The position numbers and the translations under genes are program-made. The notes under the pieces are model-generated. The model was not told the DNA's origin, searched no databases, and saw only the letters and a list, made by a program, of their open reading frames with translations. From positions 32,001-96,000 of the forward strand of contig JAUSGI010000008.1 of NCBI GenBank assembly GCA_030649135.1: a stretch of DNA of 64,000 nucleotides, in the 5' to 3' direction. Shown piece by piece: positions 1 to 9,783 of this stretch (its first letter is position 1; the number at the start of each line of letters is the position of its first letter). This DNA comes from a bacterium (GTDB taxonomy: Bacteria; Patescibacteriota; Minisyncoccia; Phycocordibacterales; Zambryskibacteraceae).

Positions 1-52
1 ACTGTACTTGTCCTGTTAGCTTATATTACACAATAAAAAAAATTTAAAAAAA

Positions 53-3000
53 ATGACAAAACTCATGGGGGTAATTCTTAGCTTAGTGCTAATGGCCGGG
101 TCGGTCCAAGCGGCCACCTTAGATGACATAGTATTTACAGAAATAATGGCGACTCCCAATGCTGTGGCTGATGCCGACGGCGAGTGGATTGAAGTTCAGA
201 ACAATTCTTTAAGCCCAGTAGATATTGGAGGTTGGATATTAAACGATGGTTCAGATCACACTATTTCCGGACCTTATTCTATACCAGCGGGTGAGAAAGC
301 GGTAATCTGTCGCGACAATGATTCCTCTGTAAATGGAGGAGTTAAATGCCATTATCAATCAGTTATGGTCCTAACTGACATTGGTAAAACTCTGCAACTT
401 CTTGAGGGGGTGACCACTATAAACGAGGCTACATACGGAGACACTGCTGGAAATTCGGGAAAATCAGTTTATATTCCTAGTGGAAGTTTCGAGTCTGTTA
501 GTCAATTTGGAAATGGCGATTATGGAACTCCGGCTGGGAATGGTGCATCAATTGGAACTCATTCCTACGCTTCGATTCAGATTGCAATTGATGCGGCAAT
601 TTCCGGTAACACGATAGATGTTGGAGCGGGGACTTACGCGGAGAATGTTTCGCTTGACGGAAAGACAAATCTTACAATTCAAGGCGCTGGAGAGGCAACC
701 ATTATTGAACCAGCAAGCGGAATTGGTTTTGCAATTAAAAATTCAAGCGGCATAACAATAAAGAATCTTAAAATACATACCACAGGAACCAATGCCCATG
801 GTGTCTGGGTTGCGGGAACTCCGAATGGCGGAGCAACGGCGGTAACTGGTCTTACCGTACAAGATGACACCATAGTTGTTGACGGTTATTCCAGCGGCAT
901 TTACGCCGAACAAGTTGATACAACACCTCATTCTGGCTGGCTAATAACAGGGAACACTATAACTGTAAATCCTGGCGCTGGTGTTACTGGTGATGGAATG
1001 GACTTGCACGATGTGTCGGGTTCGGAGGTAAGCTACAACACAATAATTCTGAATACTCCGACTGATAGCACAAATGTTCTCTGGACAAGCGAATTGTCAA
1101 ATCTTTCTAGTCTCATATTCTCCAATAACACCATCAGTGGCTCAAGCGGTAGTGAGATAGCAATCCTAACTGATTTTCTGGATGCTCTAGCAGATACATC
1201 AATTACCACCGTAACAGTAAGTGGAAACACGTTCAGTAATTGGGGTTCTAGGGCCCTAAGAGTCGGGACGGCTAACGGAACCGGAGCGGTGACGGAAATC
1301 GCAGTAAATTCAAACATATTCCAAATGGCCGCCGACACAACAGAAGTTATCGGCGGCACGGCTGCGTCAAGTGCGACTGGTAGCGGCAATATCTTCAATG
1401 TTAGTGGGACAGCAAAAATTCAAAAAGCGGTAGACGGGGCATTTTCTGGCGACACGATAAATGTCGCAGCGGGGACTTATGACGAACAGGTCGTAATAGA
1501 TGGAGAAGACCTGATATTACAAGGTGTTGGTGATACAACTATCATCCGACCATCTGCACCCGCAACGCTTACCCAGACTTATACCTTCCCAGCCGGAACT
1601 TTTTGGTCTGGCACAACTGCATCAAGTATTATCCTAGTGGAAAATGCCAGCGCTGTTACTATAAAAGATCTTAAAGTAGACGGTATTAATGTTACCAGTT
1701 TGCCCTTAACAGGTTCGCCTGACAGACTCGTCGGAGTTCTTTTGGGAGTATCTTCAGGTACCATTGATAATGCTACGGTCACTTCCATTAAAACAGCTGG
1801 CTATGCAAACCGTACATATGGCATTGAAGTAAGTGGCGCTGATAGTGGCACTTACAGCGTTGAAGTTAAAAGTTCTCATATAACAGACTGGGCTCGTAAT
1901 GGGATTGTTGCAGATGGAACTAATCTTACGGCCAACATCAATCACAACACGCTTGTAGGTCCTGGTACTATCTCTGGGCAGGTCGCTAACGGCATTCTTT
2001 TCATTGGTGGAGCTGCTGGTAACACTACAAGTAATACTATCAGCGGAATGCACTACAACGCAGATCCAGTATCTCGCAGTGCCGGTATCTTGATTTATGG
2101 CGCAACCACGGCCGGAATCTTGATAGACCAAAATGACATTTCCGATACGGATGATGGAATAAATTTGTCGGCCAGTTCTCATAACGCGACTGTCAGCAAC
2201 AACAATCTGCATAATAATCTAGAAGTAGGTATACAACTAGAAAACGGGACAGCAAACAACGCCATAACTGGGAACACAATTGTTAATAATACAATGGCTG
2301 GTATACGTTTTGGCGGTGCAGGTGATCCGGTTCCCGCGGAAGCGGATACTCCACCTGGGGCAGGTAATGTTGCTAATGATAAAAATACGATTACTGGTAA
2401 CGCGAACGGTATAGTAAATTACGATACGGGTCTTGGACAGATATTTGATGCCGCCAACAACTGGTGGGGCAACGTGAGCGGACCGTTCAACACTACAAGC
2501 AATCCTTTGGGAACCGGTGATTCTATTTCCGACAATGTAAACTTTGTTCCGTGGTATTCCACTAGCGGAATGACGACGCTTGTTTCCGCAAACATGATTG
2601 CTTACAATACCGCCTTGGATGCCGTTAGTCAGACGGACTACACGACTGCAAGCTGGTCTGCCTACCAAGCAATTGTGACTGCCAATACGAGGACCGACCA
2701 AAACACTCAAACTGAAGTTGATGACGCGACGGCCGCAATCACTACCGCGCAACTTGATCTGATTGCTATTGCCGACCTCACTGATTACAACACCGCTTTA
2801 GACGCAGTTGTTGAAAGCGATTATACGACCGAAAGCTGGGCAACGTATCAAGCTATTGTGGACGCCAATGTGGTAACCGACCAACATACCCAAGCTGAAG
2901 TTGATACAGCAATCGATAATATTACCATCGCGCAAGATGATTTAGTGGCAACACTGGACGTAGCAAAAACAACGGCACATGAAGCTCTTACAACTGCTCG

Positions 3001-3985
3001 CGCGTTATATACAGATACAAACTACACCGCTGAAAATCTAGTGGTCTTAAACGGATTCAAGTCGGATGGCGATATCGCGATTGACTCCGCTTCAGACTTA
3101 GCCGGAGTGTCCACAGCGCAGAACACAGCTACTGCTGGAATGGCCGGTGTGTTAAAAAATACACAAACAGCTCCTGACGATGACGGAAATGCGACAATGG
3201 ACTCTGACACAACGGAAGTGGTTATCACAGACCCGGATCAACCTGTTGACATTACAATTGAAAGTGGCACAGAAAATCCGACAATTGATGTTAGTGCATT
3301 TATTACCGATGGAATAGGAATATTGCCGGAGATTACAATCAATTCCGACGTAGCGGATGTTATAATTCCGGATAGTACGACAGTGACTGGCCCGACTGAT
3401 TGGGATGGGGTCATTAGCGTACCAACGGCTACCACTACTACTGGCACTGCCCCAGCTGGGTTTAGCGTTGGCGGTACTGTTATCTCGGTCGGTTCGTCTC
3501 AAGGAACATTAACCTTCAGTAATCCCGTTACGATATTACTTGCAGGTGTTACTGGAACAGTTGGCTACAAACCAGCTGGTTCAGATACTTGGCAGACGAT
3601 AACCAATGTTTGTGCCGACCCGTATGCAACTCCAGGCAACCCTCCAGCCGGTAGCGAATGCGCAATATCAAATGGTACTGATACTAAAATTGTCACCTTC
3701 CACTTCACGGAATTTGGAGAATTAGATTCTATTCCAGCTACGCCTATCCCTCCTCGTTCAAGCAGGGCAGGAGACTTTTCTCCGGCCGCGCGCAGAGCAA
3801 TCTTGGCAGCGACACCCAATGCATCAGCAGTATCGGTTGTAGGTCAAGTCCTTGGAGCCTTCACTGAAGATGAAAGACAGGCTCAAATTGTGTCCGTCCG
3901 CGGGCAACTTATAGAGAAGATAAATCAACTAATCGGTCTCTTGCGGGTGCAACTTGCAGCGGCCATAACAGCAGGCGATCAATAA
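53..3985 (+). CDS. Large secreted surface protein: signal peptide, lamin-tail domain (LTD), right-handed parallel beta-helix (NosD-like) repeats, WWG..PWY cap module, two FIVAR-like ~55-aa tandem repeats, conserved C-terminal tail
   Basis: N-terminus MTKLMGVILSLVLMAGSVQA is signal-like. The segment IVFTEIMATPNAVADADGEWIEVQNN...GGWILND is typical of LTD. There are many GxxxxxN/T beta-helix rungs. The motif WWGNVSGPFNTTSNPLGTGDSISDNVNFVPWY is shared with the 7764-9692 protein. Repeats of form YNTALDAV..DYTT.SW..YQAIV.AN..TDQ.TQ.EVD.A are FIVAR-like. Confidence 0.85.
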   Translation: MTKLMGVILSLVLMAGSVQAATLDDIVFTEIMATPNAVADADGEWIEVQNNSLSPVDIGGWILNDGSDHTISGPYSIPAGEKAVICRDNDSSVNGGVKCHYQSVMVLTDIGKTLQLLEGVTTINEATYGDTAGNSGKSVYIPSGSFESVSQFGNGDYGTPAGNGASIGTHSYASIQIAIDAAISGNTIDVGAGTYAENVSLDGKTNLTIQGAGEATIIEPASGIGFAIKNSSGITIKNLKIHTTGTNAHGVWVAGTPNGGATAVTGLTVQDDTIVVDGYSSGIYAEQVDTTPHSGWLITGNTITVNPGAGVTGDGMDLHDVSGSEVSYNTIILNTPTDSTNVLWTSELSNLSSLIFSNNTISGSSGSEIAILTDFLDALADTSITTVTVSGNTFSNWGSRALRVGTANGTGAVTEIAVNSNIFQMAADTTEVIGGTAASSATGSGNIFNVSGTAKIQKAVDGAFSGDTINVAAGTYDEQVVIDGEDLILQGVGDTTIIRPSAPATLTQTYTFPAGTFWSGTTASSIILVENASAVTIKDLKVDGINVTSLPLTGSPDRLVGVLLGVSSGTIDNATVTSIKTAGYANRTYGIEVSGADSGTYSVEVKSSHITDWARNGIVADGTNLTANINHNTLVGPGTISGQVANGILFIGGAAGNTTSNTISGMHYNADPVSRSAGILIYGATTAGILIDQNDISDTDDGINLSASSHNATVSNNNLHNNLEVGIQLENGTANNAITGNTIVNNTMAGIRFGGAGDPVPAEADTPPGAGNVANDKNTITGNANGIVNYDTGLGQIFDAANNWWGNVSGPFNTTSNPLGTGDSISDNVNFVPWYSTSGMTTLVSANMIAYNTALDAVSQTDYTTASWSAYQAIVTANTRTDQNTQTEVDDATAAITTAQLDLIAIADLTDYNTALDAVVESDYTTESWATYQAIVDANVVTDQHTQAEVDTAIDNITIAQDDLVATLDVAKTTAHEALTTARALYTDTNYTAENLVVLNGFKSDGDIAIDSASDLAGVSTAQNTATAGMAGVLKNTQTAPDDDGNATMDSDTTEVVITDPDQPVDITIESGTENPTIDVSAFITDGIGILPEITINSDVADVIIPDSTTVTGPTDWDGVISVPTATTTTGTAPAGFSVGGTVISVGSSQGTLTFSNPVTILLAGVTGTVGYKPAGSDTWQTITNVCADPYATPGNPPAGSECAISNGTDTKIVTFHFTEFGELDSIPATPIPPRSSRAGDFSPAARRAILAATPNASAVSVVGQVLGAFTEDERQAQIVSVRGQLIEKINQLIGLLRVQLAAAITAGDQ

Positions 3986-3998
3986 CTCCCAAACGCTC

Positions 3999-4514
3999 CT
4001 ACGCGTGGTTGTATAACAGTTTAAGTTTCTCAAGCCCTCGGTGTGCTTGCACGGCCATAGCATTCTTTGATTGTCCGGTGATAAGAGCCATTTCTTTGAG
4101 TGACAGATTTTGCACGTACCGCATGCGTATCACTTTCTGGTATTTTGTCGGAAGATGTTGAATTAATAGGAGTGCCGCTTTCCCGTCTAGGGTGTTGAAA
4201 AGAAGTTCGGAATGTTCAACGCTCGGCTCGTAGCCTTTTTCAAGTAGGACATCAAGGGAAGTGGTTTTGTGCTTCCGATATTCATCAATGATAAGATTAT
4301 TGAGGACGTGGTAGAGAAAAGCTTTCATGACATCAATCTTCCCTCCTTTCACGAGGTAGGCCCATGTTTTCATGAAGGTGTCTTGTACTAAGTCTTCGCC
4401 CCTAGCATGGTCGTGTATCTTGAAAAAGGCATGTGCATTGAGTCCCTTTTCGTAGTCATTGTGTGCTAGGGTTAATACTGTCTGTTGGCGCACCTTCTGT
4501 TTGGGGGTCATCAT
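3999..4514 (-). CDS. RNA polymerase sigma factor, ECF (sigma-70 family) subfamily
   Basis: Region 2 DLVQDTFMKTW and region 4 LSLKEMALITGQSKNAMAVQAHRGLEKLK are present. Size 171 aa. Confidence 0.85.
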   Translation of the reverse strand: MMTPKQKVRQQTVLTLAHNDYEKGLNAHAFFKIHDHARGEDLVQDTFMKTWAYLVKGGKIDVMKAFLYHVLNNLIIDEYRKHKTTSLDVLLEKGYEPSVEHSELLFNTLDGKAALLLIQHLPTKYQKVIRMRYVQNLSLKEMALITGQSKNAMAVQAHRGLEKLKLLYNHA

Positions 4515-4768
4515 ATATTAAGCATTAAGCCGAATCTCGGCGTGTCTTATTACAAAATTATTACAATCTGACTGCGACAAAGAGAGAAATAACCATATCT
4601 ATAGGCCTTAAATACCGTTAGGTCTGACCCTTTTTCTCTACACAGATATTACAGTAAGTATAACATACTTGGGATATCAGTGCGTTATGTAATAAATAGA
4701 GCTTTCTAGCGGCCTTATTGGTATAGAAACGACTTAATCCCACCGTTGACATTTCTGGATTAAATATC

Positions 4769-5152
4769 ATGCAAACACCCAAAACAATACTAATCATAGA
4801 AGATGAGAAAAGTCTTCGCGATGCCATCGTGGACATTCTACGTCTCAAAAACTTCTTGTCTCTTGAGGCAAAAAATGGTAGAGAGGGGGTGGAGCTCGCG
4901 CTCTCCAAACACCCTGACCTCATTTTGCTTGACCTTATTATGCCGGAGATGGACGGTATAATTGCGCTCAAAAATATTCGAGAAGATGCTTGGGGGAAAA
5001 AAGTTCCCATTATTATTCTAACGAATTTGAGTGCGACCAATGAACAGTTTGGGGATGATAAGGCGACGCTTAAGGCAACGCATTATTTAATTAAATCGGA
5101 TTGGAAGCTGCATGATATCGCAAAGAAGATCGAAGAAATATTGGAAACTTAA
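4769..5152 (+). CDS. Stand-alone response regulator receiver (CheY-like)
   Basis: ILIIEDEKSLRD, the phospho-acceptor context DLILLDLIMPEMDG, and a Lys-containing C-terminus. 127 aa with no output domain. Confidence 0.85.
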   Translation: MQTPKTILIIEDEKSLRDAIVDILRLKNFLSLEAKNGREGVELALSKHPDLILLDLIMPEMDGIIALKNIREDAWGKKVPIIILTNLSATNEQFGDDKATLKATHYLIKSDWKLHDIAKKIEEILET

Positions 5153-5160
5153 AATACTCC

Positions 5161-7182
5161 ATGAATAAAAAAACTATCATCTCTGCGTCCGATGATATAA
5201 TCCTAAATCTCAAAGTTTCGGCTAAGGAAAAAGAAATTGTCAGGCGCAAACTTGCTGTAACAGCAGAGAGGCTTGCTGCGACGGCAGTGAAACTTGCCAT
5301 AACAGCTAAGGAAAGAGAAAGTGTGAGGATTAAGCTAGCGGTGACTGCCGAAGAAAAGGAACATGTCAGGCTTAAGTTAGTGGTGACCGCAGAGAAGCTT
5401 GCTGTAATCGCAGAGAAGCTTGCTGTGACTGCCGAGGAAAAGGAAAGTGTCAGGCGCAAACTTGCCGTGACGGCAGCCAAACTTGCAGTAACGGCAGCTA
5501 AACTCTCCGCAACTACTGAGGAAAAAGAAAGTGTGAGACGCAAGAAGCTAGTCGCGACAGCAGCTAAGCTTGCTGTAACAGCAGAGAAGCTTGCTGCGAC
5601 CGCCAAAGAAAAGGAGAGTGTCAGGCGCAAACTTGCTGTGACCGCAGCCAAACTTGCTGTGACAGCAGAGAAGCTTGCCGCGACGGCCAAGGAAAAAGAA
5701 ATTGTTAGGCGTAAACTCGTCGTGACGGCAGAAAAGCTAGTCGTGACGGCAGCCAAACTCGCCGTGACAGCAGAGAAGCTTGCCGCGACGGCAGCCAAAC
5801 TCGCAGTAACTGCTAAGGAAAAAGAAATTGTTAGGCGTAAACTTGCAGCGACTGCTAAGGAAAAAGAAAGTGTCAGGCGCAAGCTGGTAGTGACTGCTAA
5901 GGAAAAAGAAAGTGTCAGGCGTAAGCTGGTGGTGACAGCCAAGGAAAAGGAGAGCGTCAGGCGTAAGCTGGTGGTGACAGCAGCTAAACTTGCTGTAACT
6001 GCAGCGAAACTCAAAAAGTCGTACGAAACACTCGAGAAGAAAGTGCTTGAACGAACCAAGAGTCTAGAAATGTCCAGAGCAAAGGAAGAGGCGGTTTTGC
6101 TCTCGATTGGTGACGGACTTCTTGTGACTAATGAAAAAGGAAATGTTATTATTATAAATAAGACAGCTGAAAAACTACTCGGTATTAAGAGTAAAGAAGC
6201 TATGGGAAAGGTCTTTTCCGAAGCCGTTCTTTTGGTAGATGAAAAAGGGGTGCCTATTCCGTCAGAGAAACATCCCGTAAGGATGGCTCTAGTAAGCGGC
6301 ATTACTACTGCCACTACTATTGTAGGTTCCACTTACTATAATGTGCGGAAAGATAAAACGAAATTTCCTGTGGCAATTATGGTCACGCCCGTTATTCTTG
6401 ACGGGAAGGTGATTGGAACAATTGAAGTTTTTCGAGATATTACCGCCGAGCGGGAAATTGATAAAGCCAAAACCGAATTTGTTTCCCTTGCTTCACACCA
6501 GCTCCGCACCCCGCTTTCTACGGTCAATTGGTACGCGGAAATGCTTCTGGCCGGAGATGTGGGGGAGTTGAATGAAAAACAAAAGAAATATTTAGATGAG
6601 GTATATCGCAGTAATCAGCGAATGGTTGAATTGGTAAACGCCCTTTTGGATGTCGCTTCTCTTGAAATTGGTACCTTTGTGGTTGAGCCGGAACCAACCG
6701 ATATAATCGAACTAGCGCAAAGTGTCATAGACGAACAAAAACCGCAGATTGAGGCCAAAAAAATAGTATTTTCTTTTTCATTCGGGAAAAATATTTCACT
6801 TATGCAGGCCGACCCCAAACTCCTGCGAATGATAGTGCAAAATATCTTGTCAAATGCGGTAAAATATACTCATGAAGGCGGGAAAATCGATATGTCGATT
6901 TCCTTAGCGGACAAAAATAATATTCTTCTGAAAGTCGATGATACGGGCTACGGCATACCCCAAAATCAGCAAGATAAAATATTTACCAAGCTGTTTCGGG
7001 CCGATAATGTCAGAGATAAAGACACGGACGGCACGGGCCTCGGGCTCTATATTGTAAAGTCAGTCGTTGAAAATTCTGGCGGGAAAATCTGGTTTAAGTC
7101 CGTGGGCGGGGAAGAAAATAAAGGCACCACCTTTTATGTATCGCTGCCTTTGGATGGGGCGAAAAAGCCGGCTAATATATAA
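5161..7182 (+). CDS. Sensor histidine kinase with N-terminal heptad-repeat coiled coil, PAS domain, HisKA and HATPase_c, no transmembrane segment
   Basis: H-box FVSLASHQLRTPLSTVNWYAEML. ATP-lid motifs N box (NAVKYT), DDTGYGIP and GTGLGLYIVK. A PAS-like block after the repeats. The N-terminal ~270 aa are repeats of AEKLAVTAKEKESVRRKLAVT. Confidence 0.85.
   Translation: MNKKTIISASDDIILNLKVSAKEKEIVRRKLAVTAERLAATAVKLAITAKERESVRIKLAVTAEEKEHVRLKLVVTAEKLAVIAEKLAVTAEEKESVRRKLAVTAAKLAVTAAKLSATTEEKESVRRKKLVATAAKLAVTAEKLAATAKEKESVRRKLAVTAAKLAVTAEKLAATAKEKEIVRRKLVVTAEKLVVTAAKLAVTAEKLAATAAKLAVTAKEKEIVRRKLAATAKEKESVRRKLVVTAKEKESVRRKLVVTAKEKESVRRKLVVTAAKLAVTAAKLKKSYETLEKKVLERTKSLEMSRAKEEAVLLSIGDGLLVTNEKGNVIIINKTAEKLLGIKSKEAMGKVFSEAVLLVDEKGVPIPSEKHPVRMALVSGITTATTIVGSTYYNVRKDKTKFPVAIMVTPVILDGKVIGTIEVFRDITAEREIDKAKTEFVSLASHQLRTPLSTVNWYAEMLLAGDVGELNEKQKKYLDEVYRSNQRMVELVNALLDVASLEIGTFVVEPEPTDIIELAQSVIDEQKPQIEAKKIVFSFSFGKNISLMQADPKLLRMIVQNILSNAVKYTHEGGKIDMSISLADKNNILLKVDDTGYGIPQNQQDKIFTKLFRADNVRDKDTDGTGLGLYIVKSVVENSGGKIWFKSVGGEENKGTTFYVSLPLDGAKKPANI
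5209..6015 (+). repeat. Tandem array of ~63-nt (21-codon, 3x heptad) near-identical repeats inside the histidine kinase gene
   Basis: Direct reading shows the same unit recurring. One instance is gcagagaagcttgctgcgaccgccaaagaaaaggagagtgtcaggcgcaaacttgctgtgacc. There are three consecutive copies of AKEKESVRRKLVVT near the 3' end. The long ORF on the opposite strand (5091..6332) is a repeat shadow. Confidence 0.8.
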
Positions 7183-7190
7183 TTAATCAT

Positions 7191-7661
7191 ATGTCCAACA
7201 AATCTGTGAAAAAGCAAACCATTCTGGTAATAGAGGATGAGAAACCTCTGCTTGAGGCCATTAATGACAAACTTGAAAAAAGCGGTTTCGGTGTGATTGC
7301 GGCCCGTAGTGTGGAGCAAGCGTTCAACGCGAATATCGCGAAAAACGGCCTAGGTGTCATAAATGTTCGAAGCATCGAGCAAGCGCTTAATTATCTTGAA
7401 AGTTTGGAACGAGTAGACGCAATTTGGCTGGACCATCACCTTTTGGGCAAAGAAGATGGTCTTGATTTTGTAAAAAAATTTAAAGCAAATGGCGGGCGCT
7501 GGAGTAAAATTCCTGTCTTCGTAGTTTCGAATGCCGCCAGTCCCAAAACTGTCAAGTCTTATGTAGATTCCGGTGTGAGCAAGTACTATGTCAAATCCGA
7601 CCATCGACTCGATGAAATTATCAAAGACATTCAATCTTTTTTAGACCATTCGGCGAAATAA
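7191..7661 (+). CDS. Response regulator receiver with internal 17-aa tandem duplication
   Basis: ILVIEDEKPLLE and the acceptor Asp in AIWLDHHLLGKEDG. The beta2-alpha2 segment is present twice: GFGVIAARSVEQAFN and GLGVINVRSIEQALN. Confidence 0.8.
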   Translation: MSNKSVKKQTILVIEDEKPLLEAINDKLEKSGFGVIAARSVEQAFNANIAKNGLGVINVRSIEQALNYLESLERVDAIWLDHHLLGKEDGLDFVKKFKANGGRWSKIPVFVVSNAASPKTVKSYVDSGVSKYYVKSDHRLDEIIKDIQSFLDHSAK

Positions 7662-7763
7662 ACCGGTTGTAATATTTCCGTCTCTGGAACGGCATTTATG
7701 GCAAGGGTAGGTAGTAAACTCAACTATTCGCTCAAGTCATTAATTAAATAACTAGTAAAACAT

Positions 7764-9692
7764 ATGGAAAAATCTAATAAGGGTTCAATTATACTAACCG
7801 TGCTGACCGTCTCCCTTGTAATCGGTTTTCTGGGGTCAATGGTCGCGTATGCATTCGTAAGTCCAGCGACAGTCAATCTTGGAACAGCGGCTGATTTTGC
7901 GATTCTCTCGAAAGCGGGAATCACTAACGTTCCCACCTCTGTCATTACTGGGAATATCGGAACAAGTTTAGATGAAGCCAGTACTGATACTGCTTTCGCA
8001 GGTATCACGTGTGGCCAAGTGACGGGGTCAATATACTCGTTCAACTCGACAGGTCCTCTCCCTTGTGTGTTAGCTGACTCTGTATTGGCTACAACTGTAG
8101 TAAGTACGGCCGTAGGCGATATGGAAACTGCAATAACCGATGCCAACAGCCGAACACCTGATGATATCGACCTTGCATTCAATGCGGGCGTAGGATGTGC
8201 TCTTGGCACTTGTGACCTCGCGGGGCTTACTCTCGCTCCCGGCGTCTATACATTCACAGCTCCTGGCAATGTCATCATCACAAACGATGTTACCCTCTCG
8301 GGTAGCCCAAGTGATATTTGGATATTCATCATCCCGGGGACTCTTGATATCAGCTCTGCCAAGAAGGTTCTTCTAACCGGCGGCGCAGTATCTGACAATG
8401 TCTTCTGGTCAGTTGCTGGCGCGACTCAACTTCAAACATCTTCTACGTTCGAGGGAAATATCCTTGAAGCAGGAACGCCTCTTGCGATGCTCTCCGGTGC
8501 TACACTACACGGAAGAGCACTGTCGAAATTCGCAGTTACGCTCGATGCCAATACCGTTACGACTCCTTCCGCCACACCACCTCCGACAACCGGTCCGGTT
8601 TTCGTGGAAGAGGGGGTTGCGAACGGTACTCTTGATTTAGGAGAACTATTCTTCAACACCGTTCAATCAGCAATCGATGACGCAGGTACTCTTTCCGGCG
8701 ACACCATTCACGTTACCGCAGGAACTTACAACGAAAGTATCGTAGTTAACAAATCATTAACGCTCAATTCCGTGGGAGCAGTCATAAACGGCTCGGCGGG
8801 ACAAAATGGTGTTTCTATCGGGGCAAGTGATGTTACGGTTAACGGCTTCGAAGTTACTTCTAGCGGTCTTAGTGGAGTCTACGGTATCGCTGAAACAACG
8901 CCTGTCAGTAACACAGTTATTACCCACAACGTCGTTCACGGCTTTCCCGCATTGGGTATTGCGTTGGCGGCTGGTTCTGTCAATGCAGAAGTTACAACTA
9001 ACGAAGTCTACGATGTGTACGGAGGCATCTATCTTTCTACCGGCGCAATCGGTGCACTTGTAGACGGTAACGATGTTCACGACTTAGTAAGCGGTGCTGG
9101 TCCTGACCAGGGAGCCGCGGTCGCGTTTGAAGGAAACAACACAGATGTTTCGGTAACCAACAACACTCTCACAAATAACGCTTTCGGTCTCTATGTGTGG
9201 TCTGCGTTCGGTTCTGACTTTACCGGCACTGTAGTTGAGCATAACAAATTTGTAGGCAACACAGACGGTGTGGAAAATACCAATACTGGTATTATCAACG
9301 CTTCTCCGAACTGGTGGGGAGCTGTCACAGGTCCGACTCATGCCACCAACCCTAGCGGTCTAGGCGATGCGGTGAGCGACAATGTTACTTTTGACCCATG
9401 GTATGTGGACGAGGCTATGACCACGCTGTCAAATGCCCCGGCTCCAGCTCCCGCTCCAGCACCAGAACCAGAACCAGAATCAAGGGGTTCAAGGTCCGGT
9501 GACTCACGAAGAGTTTCTGCTCAAACTGCCAATGTAGTGGTGGGCGAAATCCTCGGCATCTTTACCGAAGCTGAAAGACTGGCACAGATTGCGACTGTTA
9601 AGGTTCAACTGTCCTCTCTTATCCGCCAACTGATCGGTTTATTACAGGCCCAATTGATTACGGCGCTTCAGACAGAGATTCGGAACTATTAA
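7764..9692 (+). CDS. Secreted/anchored protein: N-terminal TM or signal anchor, DUF3494 (ice-binding-protein-like) domain, right-handed beta-helix, WWG..PWY cap, PAPAPAPEPEPE linker, conserved C-terminal tail
   Basis: LGTAADFAILSKAGITNVPTSVITGNIGTS and DNVFWSVAGATQLQTSSTFEGNILEAGTPLAMLSGATLHGRAL are the canonical DUF3494 start and end. WWGAVTGPTHATNPSGLGDAVSDNVTFDPWY and the tail ILGIFTEAERLAQIATVKVQLSSLIRQLIGLLQAQL match the 53-3985 protein. Confidence 0.85.
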   Translation: MEKSNKGSIILTVLTVSLVIGFLGSMVAYAFVSPATVNLGTAADFAILSKAGITNVPTSVITGNIGTSLDEASTDTAFAGITCGQVTGSIYSFNSTGPLPCVLADSVLATTVVSTAVGDMETAITDANSRTPDDIDLAFNAGVGCALGTCDLAGLTLAPGVYTFTAPGNVIITNDVTLSGSPSDIWIFIIPGTLDISSAKKVLLTGGAVSDNVFWSVAGATQLQTSSTFEGNILEAGTPLAMLSGATLHGRALSKFAVTLDANTVTTPSATPPPTTGPVFVEEGVANGTLDLGELFFNTVQSAIDDAGTLSGDTIHVTAGTYNESIVVNKSLTLNSVGAVINGSAGQNGVSIGASDVTVNGFEVTSSGLSGVYGIAETTPVSNTVITHNVVHGFPALGIALAAGSVNAEVTTNEVYDVYGGIYLSTGAIGALVDGNDVHDLVSGAGPDQGAAVAFEGNNTDVSVTNNTLTNNAFGLYVWSAFGSDFTGTVVEHNKFVGNTDGVENTNTGIINASPNWWGAVTGPTHATNPSGLGDAVSDNVTFDPWYVDEAMTTLSNAPAPAPAPAPEPEPESRGSRSGDSRRVSAQTANVVVGEILGIFTEAERLAQIATVKVQLSSLIRQLIGLLQAQLITALQTEIRNY

Positions 9693-9732
9693 CACCGATA
9701 CTCTCACTCTGGACTGATTAAAAGAACCACCC

Positions 9733-9765
9733 CGGCATCACGCCGGGGCGGTTCTTTATCCTCAC
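9733..9765 (+). terminator. Rho-independent terminator after the beta-helix gene
   Basis: ccccggcatcacgccgggg hairpin followed by cggttcttt. Confidence 0.5.
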
Positions 9766-9783
9766 TAAATAAGGTAAAATGAC

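Noticed and set aside
5091-6332. 413-aa ORF on the minus strand full of LAVTASL repeats
   Set aside because: It is the reverse-complement shadow of the tandem repeats in the histidine kinase gene. It has no start context, and the + strand gene has full kinase domains.
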